Sequence record: PV764601.1
Reading direction: 5' to 3' (one strand)
Length of the DNA: 64,000 bases
This document shows, piece by piece, positions 10,039 to 18,925 of this stretch (position 1 is its first letter; each line of letters starts with the position of its first letter). The position numbers and the translations under genes were made by a program. The notes under the pieces are model-generated. The model did no database searches. It saw only the letters and a list, made by a program, of their open reading frames with translations, and had not been told where the DNA came from.

Positions 10039-10065
10039 TATTTACAGAGTTGCCAAAATGGCACC
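10039..10065 (-). promoter_or_regulatory. Putative phage promoter CTGTAAATA with upstream palindromic box
   Basis: Minus strand GGTGCCATTTTGGCAACTCTGTAAATA, 28 nt before the wHTH start. Confidence 0.7.
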
Positions 10066-10485
10066 CTATACCGTGATTTGATAAGTCCACTTGTGCAAGG
10101 TGGGCGGGGCCACAGTGGTGTTTCGTATCCGAGCTTCCATGACTACCTCGTCCAGTCCAGCGCCTCTTGAATTCTGTAGCACCCCGGTTCGCTTGAACCC
10201 CAAGCTGCTGTAGAATTTCAGCGCCACCTCGTTGTCGTGGTCTACCTTGAAGCTGATAGTCTTGTCAGGATCACGGAGGTAGGTTGCGATCCCCTCTAGC
10301 AGCATCCTACCCATCTTCATCCTACGGAACGGCTCATGCACCAGCACATTGAACACCCACGCGCCACGGTCGTCTGCGTAAAAATTGGCACGGGCGATTT
10401 GCTGGGAGCCACCTTCACTGAGAAGTTGAATGAGGAGCCTTCCTTCTAGCTCGCGCTGGATTAGAAAGATGCCGGGCTTAGTCAT
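10066..10485 (-). CDS. GNAT acetyltransferase
   Basis: VLVHEPFRRMKMGRMLL and NEVALKFYSSLGF motifs. Confidence 0.88.
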   Translation of the reverse strand: MTKPGIFLIQRELEGRLLIQLLSEGGSQQIARANFYADDRGAWVFNVLVHEPFRRMKMGRMLLEGIATYLRDPDKTISFKVDHDNEVALKFYSSLGFKRTGVLQNSRGAGLDEVVMEARIRNTTVAPPTLHKWTYQITV

Positions 10486-11020
10486 AGAGGTAGTCCGAAG
10501 GGTCACGATCAAAGTAAGCAACAGCCACTCGCCCCATCATGCAGCCGTCGAGCACCACCGGGTAGCCTTGACCTTCTTCATACCTGCCCACAAAGCGGCG
10601 CATGTTGGATAGAACAGGGTACTCCTTTTCGATCCAATCATTGAGGGTCTTCTTTACGTCCTGCGGCATAACCGTTATAGGCTTGGCATGCACCAAGGAC
10701 AATTCCGGGTCGATCCAGTTGATCTTGAATCCTTCCGTAGTCGGGTTGCCAGCACGCATCTTGAAACAGGTCAGGCATACCTCACCCGAGTCGATGTACT
10801 TGTTGCGCGCATCTACCCAATTGTGCAGACACTCCGCCTTGTACGTCATGGAGCGATGCCAATCACTAAGCGGGCGACTCCACACCCTACCGTTGTCACC
10901 TTCGTACACGACGGTCGGAGGGTACTTCGGATTCTCTGAATGCTGGTTAGCGATCAGCAGGACAGTGTAGTCCCTCCCGTTTGTGTGGGTCCAAACTTCA
11001 CGCGGCTGCGGCGGTCGCAT
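10478..11020 (-). CDS. Hypothetical protein with DUF1653-like N-terminus
   Basis: WTHTNGRDYTVLLIA...VVYEGDNGRVWSRPLSDW. Confidence 0.65.
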   Translation of the reverse strand: MRPPQPREVWTHTNGRDYTVLLIANQHSENPKYPPTVVYEGDNGRVWSRPLSDWHRSMTYKAECLHNWVDARNKYIDSGEVCLTCFKMRAGNPTTEGFKINWIDPELSLVHAKPITVMPQDVKKTLNDWIEKEYPVLSNMRRFVGRYEEGQGYPVVLDGCMMGRVAVAYFDRDPSDYLYD

Positions 11021-11225
11021 ACGTCACTACCTCCCAAGTTCCAACGGCACGTTCGGCGATGAATTCAGCAATGCCCTGTGCATTGATTTCCGAAGCGAAC
11101 TGAGTGGCCTTGGCCAGATCACCTTCGGACCACGCGGCACCGCCTCGATCAATGGTGGTGAAATACAGCGACTTCGTTCCCAGCTTCTGTTGCACTACAA
11201 AGCTATCACTCATTTGAACGGCCAC
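10998..11225 (-). CDS. Hypothetical protein
   Basis: Coupled ORF. Confidence 0.65.
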   Translation of the reverse strand: MAVQMSDSFVVQQKLGTKSLYFTTIDRGGAAWSEGDLAKATQFASEINAQGIAEFIAERAVGTWEVVTYATAAAA

Positions 11226-11455
11226 TCCGGGGAGATTGTGTTGGGGTCTACACCGCCGTAGTGCACAGCACCACGCACGTAGTAGAGCATTTCAGTGAAG
11301 CCGACCTTGCCCTTGCATTCAGTGCACGTGTACTTCTCCAACGGCGAACGTTTCTCACGTTCGATCTTCGGCCACTTGTGGCCCTTGCACGCTTGCAGTC
11401 GGTCTAGGTTCTCACGCACTTCGCGCATGATTTCCTGTACGTCGATCTTGCTCAT
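11210..11455 (-). CDS. Small Zn-finger-like protein
   Basis: ACKGH and CTEC motifs; start moved to MSKID. Confidence 0.6.
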   Translation of the reverse strand: MSKIDVQEIMREVRENLDRLQACKGHKWPKIEREKRSPLEKYTCTECKGKVGFTEMLYYVRGAVHYGGVDPNTISPEWPFK

Positions 11456-11871
11456 ACCGTGGCCTCGGAATGTAGGTAGTCGGCGATCTTGCCTGCCTTG
11501 AACACGCACACTTGTTTCTTAATCGGGAGATTCTTGCCCTTGTGCCTGCCTTGGCGAACAACCATCGGAACCATCGCAAGCGCAAAGGTGAAGTAGTCTT
11601 CTGCCACGATCAGATGGCCTGTCCCGGTTGCAGTACCGTCGCCATTGCTGACCACGTTAATAGCGCGCAGGTAGGACTCTGCGTTGAGGTACTTGGAATG
11701 CTTCTCAATATCCTCGGGATCGTCGCTGGGGAAGATGCCACGCTTGCCGTTGAATTCCAGAATGTGAGTGAAGCTACCGTTCGCTTCCTTTACCAATCGC
11801 CACACAATCTGGCGACCGTTCATTGCTCGGTAGTCGTTGTAACTCAGTCCTACGCCGTTTTCAATTCCCAT
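11452..11871 (-). CDS. Hypothetical protein
   Basis: Start moved to MGIEN; coupled. Confidence 0.65.
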   Translation of the reverse strand: MGIENGVGLSYNDYRAMNGRQIVWRLVKEANGSFTHILEFNGKRGIFPSDDPEDIEKHSKYLNAESYLRAINVVSNGDGTATGTGHLIVAEDYFTFALAMVPMVVRQGRHKGKNLPIKKQVCVFKAGKIADYLHSEATV

Positions 11872-12187
11872 TGCGATCCCTCTTAGCTTGGAGCGTGATT
11901 GCATCGAGCAGTGCAAGATGCGCAGGCTTGTACCTTCCGTTGTATGTCCGAGGCGGTTGCCAGAAAATACACAGCAGGTAGTTGGACGCTTCGGCCATTG
12001 TAGTAGCATAGGCTTCCACAGGAGTCGCAGCGCTGAACACGAAAGAAGGGCAGTCCTTTGGGTGGTACCCGTTAGTTGGTTTCCATGTGGCCTTCCATTT
12101 GCCGTCCTCTTGGGAGAGGTGAATCTTGGTGAGCCACTTTGTACTGCTACTGATTAGCATAGGTCCGCAGCCGCCTATATATTGCAT
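11861..12187 (-). CDS. Hypothetical protein
   Basis: Start moved to MQYIG. Confidence 0.6.
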   Translation of the reverse strand: MQYIGGCGPMLISSSTKWLTKIHLSQEDGKWKATWKPTNGYHPKDCPSFVFSAATPVEAYATTMAEASNYLLCIFWQPPRTYNGRYKPAHLALLDAITLQAKRDRNGN

Positions 12188-12230
12188 GGTATGTCCCTCA
12201 ATGGAATGGGGCCCGAAGGCCCCCTTTCGA

Positions 12231-12686
12231 TTACTTGCCTCCCCAAGAGTAGAAGCAAACCTCGCCATGCTGGATGGCAACTTGGGTCAGAATCTTGGTG
12301 ACCTTGATTTCGCGTTCGTTCACGTCGATGCCGCCCGAAGCGTCGCGCGTCAGCTTGGCGTAGAAGCGGTCCATATAGGACCCGACGCCGTGGCCAACTT
12401 CCTCTTCCATAGCAGCGAAGCCAAGGTGCGTGGTGAACGCGAGCAGCGGAGACACCGAGAGACGATTGCGCAGGCGCTCGGAAGCAATGCGACGGCCTTC
12501 CACCTTGTTGTAACGATCCCGGTGATCACACAGGGCCAGTGCTACGTTGGCGAACAGGTGGGAGACGCCGGTCGGGTCCTTGGTGGTCCACAGTTCGTAG
12601 GCCACAGTGATGCCGCCGAAGTGTTCACCCGTTTCTTGCAGGTACGGGATTACCGGGGAGCGCAGGTGGATATAGCGAATGGTCAT
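12231..12686 (-). CDS. Hypothetical phage protein
   Basis: ORF with phage-typical spacing. Confidence 0.7.
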   Translation of the reverse strand: MTIRYIHLRSPVIPYLQETGEHFGGITVAYELWTTKDPTGVSHLFANVALALCDHRDRYNKVEGRRIASERLRNRLSVSPLLAFTTHLGFAAMEEEVGHGVGSYMDRFYAKLTRDASGGIDVNEREIKVTKILTQVAIQHGEVCFYSWGGK

Positions 12687-12688
12687 AG

Positions 12689-13072
12689 TCAGTCTCGATC
12701 CGAAGTGTCGTCAGAAGAATTGAAGTTGAGGAGCAGGGGATTGGCGTAACGCACTGGAGCGTAGCCAAGGTGGGTCGTCCACTTGCGCAGACGTGCGGGC
12801 TTGTTGTCAAGCACTTGGACAAGGCGCTGGCGATCTACCAACCCGGCAGCGATTGCCTCGTCGATCAGCGTGAGGACGTCCGCAATTTCCTCAGTGAACT
12901 TTTCCTTGAACGTGAGTGCTTCACCAGTCGCAATGAATGGCAAACCGCAACGCTCGATCTTGCTGCATTCCTTCGCAAGCTCTACGCATTCTTCCGCGAG
13001 AATCTTTGAGGCTTCGGACTGCAACGGAGTAAGCGGATAAATCATTATGCCGCTATGGCCTAACTCTTTCAT
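12689..13072 (-). CDS. MazG-like nucleotide pyrophosphohydrolase
   Basis: LAEECVELAKE...EEIADVLTLI acidic EExxE...ExxD motif. Confidence 0.7.
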   Translation of the reverse strand: MKELGHSGIMIYPLTPLQSEASKILAEECVELAKECSKIERCGLPFIATGEALTFKEKFTEEIADVLTLIDEAIAAGLVDRQRLVQVLDNKPARLRKWTTHLGYAPVRYANPLLLNFNSSDDTSDRD

Positions 13073-13075
13073 GGT

Positions 13076-13354
13076 TTAGTCCCAATAGTCGTGATAGTTC
13101 TCGCTAGTGATTTGTGCTACTTGCTGATTGAGTTCCCGAATCTTGCGATCACGTGCGCTGGCAGCCAACTCACGTTCGGATGCCTCCTTCAAGACAGTGT
13201 AGATGCTGTCAAGGGAAGTGGGCGTCGTCTCTTCGGTGTAACGCTTGCGGTATTCAATCCAGTAGACGTGCAAGATTGCCTGCCACTTGATCTTGTCGTG
13301 GATGAAGTACCGCATCAACTGGACGAACAAGTAGCGTTTGATTTTCTCGAACAT
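13076..13354 (-). CDS. Hypothetical protein
   Basis: ORF. Confidence 0.65.
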   Translation of the reverse strand: MFEKIKRYLFVQLMRYFIHDKIKWQAILHVYWIEYRKRYTEETTPTSLDSIYTVLKEASERELAASARDRKIRELNQQVAQITSENYHDYWD

Positions 13355-13362
13355 GACGATCC

Positions 13363-13815
13363 TCAGCTAAACCAAAACACAAGTCGGTCGATACCCTTAT
13401 CTGGCAGGGAACGAATCTCGGCCACGCGCTCCGGACCGAGGTATTCTTCAAGGGTCATCGTCTCGCCCTGACCCGGCTCGCACGTTAAAGTCCCTGAGCG
13501 TAGATGCGTGCCATCCCATCTACGGTTCTCAACCAACTGCTGATAGTCGATGGCAAGCAGTTCCTCCACGGTGACATAACTAGGGGAACTAGCGTCGTAG
13601 CAGTGATCGTATTCAACCTCGGCCTCCTTGGATACGTCGGCAGGTAGGCCACGTCGTTCGGCAACCGAGGACACAGCTGCATAGTTGCGCACACCACCAA
13701 GCCATCCGAAGTATTCGTAGCACTGATAGTCCAGCAGCCACGGCAGGTGAATCTCTACAACCTCCCAGCCCGAGTCAGTCTTTCGCTCGGCGCATCCACC
13801 AATGTAAGTTCCCAT
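13363..13815 (-). CDS. Hypothetical phage protein
   Basis: MGTYIGG start; YEYFGWLGGVRN segment. Confidence 0.7.
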   Translation of the reverse strand: MGTYIGGCAERKTDSGWEVVEIHLPWLLDYQCYEYFGWLGGVRNYAAVSSVAERRGLPADVSKEAEVEYDHCYDASSPSYVTVEELLAIDYQQLVENRRWDGTHLRSGTLTCEPGQGETMTLEEYLGPERVAEIRSLPDKGIDRLVFWFS

Positions 13816-13825
13816 ACGCGGCCCC

Positions 13826-14131
13826 TTAGATGAGTGGAGCCGGGATGGGCTGGCTGTTGATGCACTCGATTTTGAACGCACGCCAGTCGCGCTTGTCTTC
13901 CCCCGGAGGCTTGCCGTCGTACAGGTCTTTGGTTTCGTTTGAAGTCTCGGCATTCAGCAGCTTGAGCAGCGCAGTGTCGGTACGAACCTTGATGAGGGTT
14001 AGTTCCATGTTCGGCTTGATCTGAATGGCCACGTCGCAGTTTTCAAGAATGCGCAGCGGCATCATTGTGTCTGTGAAGTGGAAGTAGCAGTTGCTGAAAG
14101 CAACGAGGTAACGGGCTTCCGGAAGCAGCAT
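13826..14131 (-). CDS. Hypothetical protein
   Basis: ORF; WRAFK motif. Confidence 0.6.
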   Translation of the reverse strand: MLLPEARYLVAFSNCYFHFTDTMMPLRILENCDVAIQIKPNMELTLIKVRTDTALLKLLNAETSNETKDLYDGKPPGEDKRDWRAFKIECINSQPIPAPLI

Positions 14132-14141
14132 GGTTTGTCCT

Positions 14142-14444
14142 TTAGATTTCGTCGCCTTCCCAAACGTAGCCTACGCATTGGCCGTCGAGAAGAACGTATT
14201 GATTGTTGGTACCGAGGCGCTTGTCAAAGCCTGCATCCTCGAATGTGATTTGCGAAGGGCCCACCACCTGACCGAGTATCTGAGTCAGGTGTGCAGCAAT
14301 ACCCTCGGGGGTGTTACGTACTCGCACAGTCTCAGCGTAGCTAGTTTGAAAGTCGCCACGCTGCGGCCGGAACAACACTGAGTAGCTCACGTCAAACTCC
14401 AATCGACACGGTGCTATCAGGCGGCAGGATGACAGCGGTATCAT
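14142..14444 (-). CDS. Hypothetical protein (start uncertain)
   Basis: ORF. Confidence 0.55.
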   Translation of the reverse strand: MIPLSSCRLIAPCRLEFDVSYSVLFRPQRGDFQTSYAETVRVRNTPEGIAAHLTQILGQVVGPSQITFEDAGFDKRLGTNNQYVLLDGQCVGYVWEGDEI

Positions 14445-14637
14445 TCAGGAGGAGGATGGACGTTTGCCCGTTGACCATAGAAGTCAGGGCTTCGGGTTTG
14501 AACTTGGCAACGTCATCGGGGAAATAGTGCTTGAGGTTGCGCACAATGTTGACTACGGCAGACTGCCTATCTGTCGCAACCGTCAGCATGTGAGTGCCGG
14601 GGCCTTGGATGTACGGTCGGTAGATGTATGTGTTCAT
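14392..14637 (-). CDS. Hypothetical protein
   Basis: Coupled ORF. Confidence 0.6.
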   Translation of the reverse strand: MNTYIYRPYIQGPGTHMLTVATDRQSAVVNIVRNLKHYFPDDVAKFKPEALTSMVNGQTSILLLNDTAVILPPDSTVSIGV

Positions 14638-14801
14638 GGCTTGGGAGGTCCGAGGCGCGCTGCGATAGCACGCGCCAGTTCTTGAATGTCAATGATCTGT
14701 CCATTCATCAGGGTGATCGTAGGCAAGTCCGTACCGATCTGCTCACGGATGGACTGTGCGATACGGGCTGTAACGCTTGTGGTTTCAGGCGCGCTAGTCA
14801 T
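14634..14801 (-). CDS. Small hypothetical protein
   Basis: MTSAPE start overlaps the upstream stop. Confidence 0.55.
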   Translation of the reverse strand: MTSAPETTSVTARIAQSIREQIGTDLPTITLMNGQIIDIQELARAIAARLGPPKP

Positions 14802-14926
14802 TAGAACTCCACGAATCCGCCGCCGGTAGGGCGCAGGTTGGCACCACACAGGAAGCCAAGGCAGCGTTCCGTATTGGGCATGTTGTAGTAGCCGCAGTAG
14901 CTACACTTGATTGCGTCCTTGGGCAT
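14801..14926 (-). CDS. 41-aa Zn-ribbon micro-protein (not in ORF track)
   Basis: MPKDAIKCSYCGYYNMPNTERCLGFLCGANLRPTGGGFVEF*; TAA/ATG overlap with the next gene. Confidence 0.6.
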   Translation of the reverse strand: MPKDAIKCSYCGYYNMPNTERCLGFLCGANLRPTGGGFVEF

Positions 14927-14948
14927 GAACAACGGTCGATGCAGAAGC

Positions 14949-15332
14949 TCACATAGATTCATTGGATTCTACCTGTACTTGGGTGGGCCTGCGGCTCTTG
15001 GCTGCATACGCTGCCTCCCGAAGGTTGCTAAGGTACTTCACTGCATCAGCGCGACTCCACGCGTGAACCATATGCGGGTCCTTGGTGGTGTCGTCCTCGG
15101 TGATGATGCCGCTGTGCATAGCGCTATCCCACTCAATCGAGATAACGCGCTTGCGCCAACCGATGCGAACACCACCGAAGTCAGTGCCTACGACGAACCA
15201 AGGACTTTCGGCTCGCAGCTGTTCGTACAGGGAGGTGCGAGGCCAATAGTCGTTCGGAATCTCAGTGATGCTGGTGACCTTGAAACCTGCAAGGTCGAAC
15301 ATCGTATACGCGGTCAGTAGATCGAATTTCAT
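14949..15332 (-). CDS. Hypothetical protein
   Basis: Start moved to MKFDL (ATGA overlap). Confidence 0.7.
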   Translation of the reverse strand: MKFDLLTAYTMFDLAGFKVTSITEIPNDYWPRTSLYEQLRAESPWFVVGTDFGGVRIGWRKRVISIEWDSAMHSGIITEDDTTKDPHMVHAWSRADAVKYLSNLREAAYAAKSRRPTQVQVESNESM

Positions 15333-15529
15333 TTCAGCTTCTCCGCAGCCTTGTCCATGATCTTGAGTTCTTTGCGCTGCTCGGCCTTGCAAATCTTGAT
15401 GATCTTGTCCAGTGCCGGGTGGACCCGTCCACCGTAGAAGCAACCGCTTTCGCACAGGGACTGGATCGCACCAAACATGGTCAGGTTGGTATGAGCCTCA
15501 GCGTGCTGGGTCAACAGGGTCTTGCTCAT
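15329..15529 (-). CDS. Hypothetical protein
   Basis: Coupled ORF. Confidence 0.65.
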   Translation of the reverse strand: MSKTLLTQHAEAHTNLTMFGAIQSLCESGCFYGGRVHPALDKIIKICKAEQRKELKIMDKAAEKLK

Positions 15530-15696
15530 TTGCGCTTCCCCTTCTTTCGGGTGTACTTACTCTTGCCCCGCCTGCGCGGCTCGGGCTTGCTGTGAGTGTG
15601 GATGCGATGCCCTTCCCATGTAAACATTCCATCAGAGGGATACGTTCGGGGCCGTGGCACAGGGAACTCTGTGATGGTATCAGTAGGTCCTAGCAT
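15526..15696 (-). CDS. 56-aa basic-tail micro-protein (not in ORF track)
   Basis: MLGPTD...PRRRGKSKYTRKKGKRK*; overlaps both neighbours; tail shared with 30541..30666. Confidence 0.75.
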   Translation of the reverse strand: MLGPTDTITEFPVPRPRTYPSDGMFTWEGHRIHTHSKPEPRRRGKSKYTRKKGKRK

Positions 15697-16013
15697 CAGA
15701 AAGGAATATCCTCGTCATTGAGTGGAACGCTGTGATCCTCGTAATCATGATGATCCGGCTGCGGCTTAGGCGCACGCTTCGCACGTGCCTCTTCCTGCAC
15801 AGGGTTGCCCGGTCGCCACTCGTTGACACAGACGTAATGATGACCCGAGCCCTTGGATGCCAACACGTTGAGGCGTACCACGTCGGACTTCTGCTCGCGT
15901 AGGAATGCAATGAATTCCTCAACGTCGAGGGTCAGTGCCGTAACGGCGTGTCGGGGTGCGTGCATCGGTGGACGATAGGCCCGCATGCCCTGCGGGAATT
16001 TGATCTTGCTCAT
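15696..16013 (-). CDS. Small protein ending in an SSB-Ct-like peptide (DEDIPF)
   Basis: C-terminus LNDEDIPF resembles the bacterial SSB DDDIPF tail. Confidence 0.65.
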   Translation of the reverse strand: MSKIKFPQGMRAYRPPMHAPRHAVTALTLDVEEFIAFLREQKSDVVRLNVLASKGSGHHYVCVNEWRPGNPVQEEARAKRAPKPQPDHHDYEDHSVPLNDEDIPF

Positions 16014-16336
16014 GGTTGGTTCCATTCAATGTCAACAGGGACGGCTCCCACAGAGCCCATGTACGGTTCGTAGTTCAGGTCGGCGCGCAGAGTGTATCGA
16101 CCCTCCCAGCAAATGCAGCCCTTGATCGTCAGGTAGATGGGTTGGTCCTGTTCGTCACGTGCGACAATGTTGCCTACGTGAGCGCTTACAGTCATTTGCT
16201 CCACGGTGCCTTTCAGGTAGAAGGGAACTTCGCCTATTCGGGCTACTTCGCGTATCGTACGTGCATCCCAAATCTCAGCGGTCTTGCCCACAAGCTGATC
16301 GGCTATTCGGTTGAGTTCATCCTCATTGAAAATCAT
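16010..16336 (-). CDS. Hypothetical protein
   Basis: Coupled ORF. Confidence 0.65.
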   Translation of the reverse strand: MIFNEDELNRIADQLVGKTAEIWDARTIREVARIGEVPFYLKGTVEQMTVSAHVGNIVARDEQDQPIYLTIKGCICWEGRYTLRADLNYEPYMGSVGAVPVDIEWNQP

Positions 16337-16683
16337 TGCACGCCGTCTCCGAAGATGTTTGACAGGTCGTTGTGGTAGTTGATGTGATCGAACTGTTCGG
16401 CCAATGTCTTGTGTCCCTTGGCAACTAACCGTTCGTCAATCAGGTCGAGGGCAGCACGGTAGGAACCGTATACCTTTTGGTAGGCTTCACGCTCAGGGTC
16501 CACCACGTTGAGGGGTACCGGCTCCCCGAACAGGTGTAGGCAGAATTCAGAACACAGGTCTTCGATGATCCAACGATGACCGTCGCTTTGCTCAATGCGG
16601 ATGCCAAGTTGGTTGGCTGCAAGCATACGAAGGGCGAGCAGTTCCCAGTCAATAACCATTGCTTTACTCCAATCGGTACTCAT
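16333..16683 (-). CDS. Hypothetical protein
   Basis: Start moved to MSTDW. Confidence 0.65.
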   Translation of the reverse strand: MSTDWSKAMVIDWELLALRMLAANQLGIRIEQSDGHRWIIEDLCSEFCLHLFGEPVPLNVVDPEREAYQKVYGSYRAALDLIDERLVAKGHKTLAEQFDHINYHNDLSNIFGDGVQ

Positions 16684-17072
16684 GCGTATGGATCCGTGTC
16701 TTGAAGGTGTAGGCACCACACGTCTTCGGTGACGCCTGCGTCGGAGGGATGCGGGTCCCACGCCAACTGTCCATCCTTGTAGATGACAGTGTGATGCCCT
16801 CGGCCTCTTACCGTGGGACCGCTTACGAGATACACACCCTGTTTGTGCTTGGTGGTGTACTTGATGTAGAGCCCGTGCTCAACCAAGAAGCTTTCAACGC
16901 TCTCCCAAAAGTCAGATGCGTCGTCTTCGCTACGGTTGAATTCGGGAACGGCGCTTAGGGGAATTTGCAGCAGGGTGGCAATAGCCGCCTCAGTGCAGTT
17001 ACCTGTCTTCGAGTTGGGGCCCACGAACTTGGTTTGGCGCACTGCTTTGGACAGGTCAAAGTCTGGGATCAT
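16680..17072 (-). CDS. Hypothetical phage protein (GNC...HTVI...DPHP; papain/C39-like pattern possible)
   Basis: Start moved to MIPDF, 21 nt after the promoter motif. Confidence 0.65.
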   Translation of the reverse strand: MIPDFDLSKAVRQTKFVGPNSKTGNCTEAAIATLLQIPLSAVPEFNRSEDDASDFWESVESFLVEHGLYIKYTTKHKQGVYLVSGPTVRGRGHHTVIYKDGQLAWDPHPSDAGVTEDVWCLHLQDTDPYA

Positions 17073-17092
17073 ATCGTCCTCCTTGTATCCTA

Positions 17093-17120
17093 TATTTACA
17101 GGATTGCCATTTTGGCAACC
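17093..17120 (-). promoter_or_regulatory. Putative phage promoter CCTGTAAATA with palindromic box
   Basis: Minus strand GGTTGCCAAAATGGCAATCCTGTAAATA, just after a terminator. Confidence 0.7.
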
Positions 17121-17138
17121 TCTCATTATTTCCGGCAA

Positions 17139-17168
17139 AAGAAAAGGCCCCAATTGGGGCCTTTTCTT
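17139..17168. terminator. Intrinsic terminator, perfect palindrome (possibly bidirectional)
   Basis: aagaaaaggccccaattggggccttttctt. Confidence 0.85.
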
Positions 17169-17488
17169 CAACGCATCAAATCGCCATAGCCGTCAGACTT
17201 GGTTTCAACGATGTCCAGGATCACGCTGATTGCATTGCACACTGCCAGCACAGGAGCAGCAACCACAGCGAACATCACCAGCTTGGACGCCTCACCGCCG
17301 TTGTCACCGCCAGAAATCAGGACAGACAGCATGGCAGTCACGGGGATAATCAGGATGCTGACCACGGTGGCCAAGAACTGGAGGCCACCCTTCTTCAAAT
17401 GTCCTGCGTAGAAGTTGTGGAACCCCAGCATGCCCGTGAGCAGCGCGATGATGATGTAGAGGCCACGATTACGGGTAGAGTATGGCAT
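17168..17488 (-). CDS. TM2-domain membrane protein
   Basis: ALLTGMLGFHNFYAGHLKKG TM2 motif plus further helices. Confidence 0.8.
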   Translation of the reverse strand: MPYSTRNRGLYIIIALLTGMLGFHNFYAGHLKKGGLQFLATVVSILIIPVTAMLSVLISGGDNGGEASKLVMFAVVAAPVLAVCNAISVILDIVETKSDGYGDLMR

Positions 17489-17498
17489 GAGTCTTTCC

Positions 17499-17801
17499 TT
17501 ATGGTTTGATTGAATTGAGCACGCGACCAGCAAACGGAACCAAGCAGAGATTGCCGTCGATCACAGTGGTCATTTGTTCCAGTGCATCATCGCCTAACGA
17601 AGTGTTGGGCGATTCGTAGTAGCCGCCGTCCATCACGTCTTCGGTCTTGTTCTGTAGCACATGATCCATTGCCTCGGCGAGGTCACGTGGGTGCAGCGTC
17701 CTGCTGGCCTTCTCTAGCTCGTCAGCTACTTCGGTCTTACCTGCACGGCGCAGTACATTGAGCGCCATCGTGAAAGCTCCCGAATCTACAATGTGCATCA
17801 T
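17499..17801 (-). CDS. Hypothetical protein
   Basis: Start moved to MMHIV. Confidence 0.6.
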   Translation of the reverse strand: MMHIVDSGAFTMALNVLRRAGKTEVADELEKASRTLHPRDLAEAMDHVLQNKTEDVMDGGYYESPNTSLGDDALEQMTTVIDGNLCLVPFAGRVLNSIKP

Positions 17802-18043
17802 GGCGCCTTGAGTTCCTCTTCGGTGAAGTATTCGATGCTCTTGACGCACTTGACGTTACCGGAACCTGCTTCGATCAGCACGCCGTTGTGTCGAGGGCAC
17901 CATTCTTTAGCGTGACGATTGGACTTGATCGTAAGCACGTTGATCCATACAATCATGCCGACAACGAACGTAACGCACACCACTATGGCAGCACGGCCGA
18001 TGAACAACCACCAATCATCTACGATCCTAAGTAGCTTCTTCAT
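17798..18043 (-). CDS. Small membrane protein
   Basis: Hydrophobic helix plus WC...C. Confidence 0.7.
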   Translation of the reverse strand: MKKLLRIVDDWWLFIGRAAIVVCVTFVVGMIVWINVLTIKSNRHAKEWCPRHNGVLIEAGSGNVKCVKSIEYFTEEELKAP

Positions 18044-18390
18044 AGGTCAATCCCATAGACTGCAAACAGCAAAGCCACTGCTTTGTTGTTGTCGATCTTT
18101 CGGTCCACCACGTCCTGTAGAATCTGGCGCGTCTGCTCTTGCTGGGAAACGGTAGGACCGTTCACAGAGTCGGCGCAGATTTGTGCCATCGGAAGGAAGT
18201 GGAAACGGACGGGTTTGCCGTCATCATCCACTACAACGTGGTCGGTGTTCTCAACCGTCCACCACTCTTCGAGCAACGTCCTCTTGCCTCCCGAACCAAA
18301 CTTGGTGCGCTTGTTGTAGAGGGGACGGAACTTGGTGGTCTGTTCTTTGAGCCAGTGTTCCTGCGGCTTCGGTGCGACAATGTGTGTCAT
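18040..18390 (-). CDS. Hypothetical protein
   Basis: Coupled ORF. Confidence 0.65.
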   Translation of the reverse strand: MTHIVAPKPQEHWLKEQTTKFRPLYNKRTKFGSGGKRTLLEEWWTVENTDHVVVDDDGKPVRFHFLPMAQICADSVNGPTVSQQEQTRQILQDVVDRKIDNNKAVALLFAVYGIDL

Positions 18391-18797
18391 TTTCGATTCC
18401 TGTTAACGGCGTAATCAACGCTGAGTTGCCATACGTTGTCACCGGGAGCGTATCCACTCAAAGGCCCTTGGATCAGGAAGGTGCCCTCTAGGGAAACACC
18501 TTCTACCAGTCGGTTCTTCTTGAACGTGCGTGGGTGCAGCGGACGCTTGACCTCGGTCCTAGCACGTTCAAACTCAGCTACCATATCCTCTGGACCGAAC
18601 GCAATCAGCGCAGAGGTTTGAACTACGAGGGTCCAATCGGTGTTGAGGATTTCGTCTCTACTGAGGGGCTTACTCATCGGTAAGTGGTTGCCCTCAAGGA
18701 GGCGATCTATCGAAAGAATCAAAGGGTAGGGCTTACCGTACAACTCGGACAGTGTCACCACGCGTGGACGTGGAGGGCCAAGGCCAGTACCATTCAT
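18387..18797 (-). CDS. Hypothetical protein (start uncertain)
   Basis: 3' part of track ORF 18387..19007. Confidence 0.55.
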   Translation of the reverse strand: MNGTGLGPPRPRVVTLSELYGKPYPLILSIDRLLEGNHLPMSKPLSRDEILNTDWTLVVQTSALIAFGPEDMVAEFERARTEVKRPLHPRTFKKNRLVEGVSLEGTFLIQGPLSGYAPGDNVWQLSVDYAVNRNRK

Positions 18798-18925
18798 GCG
18801 GTCTTCTCCACACGTTGAGGAAAGACGATTGCTCCATGCGCGAACAGGAGCGGCGTTACACTCGGGTCGCCGTACCAAAATTCCTCGCTCTTGATCGAGG
18901 CACCCAGCATGGTGCGTAGCGAACG

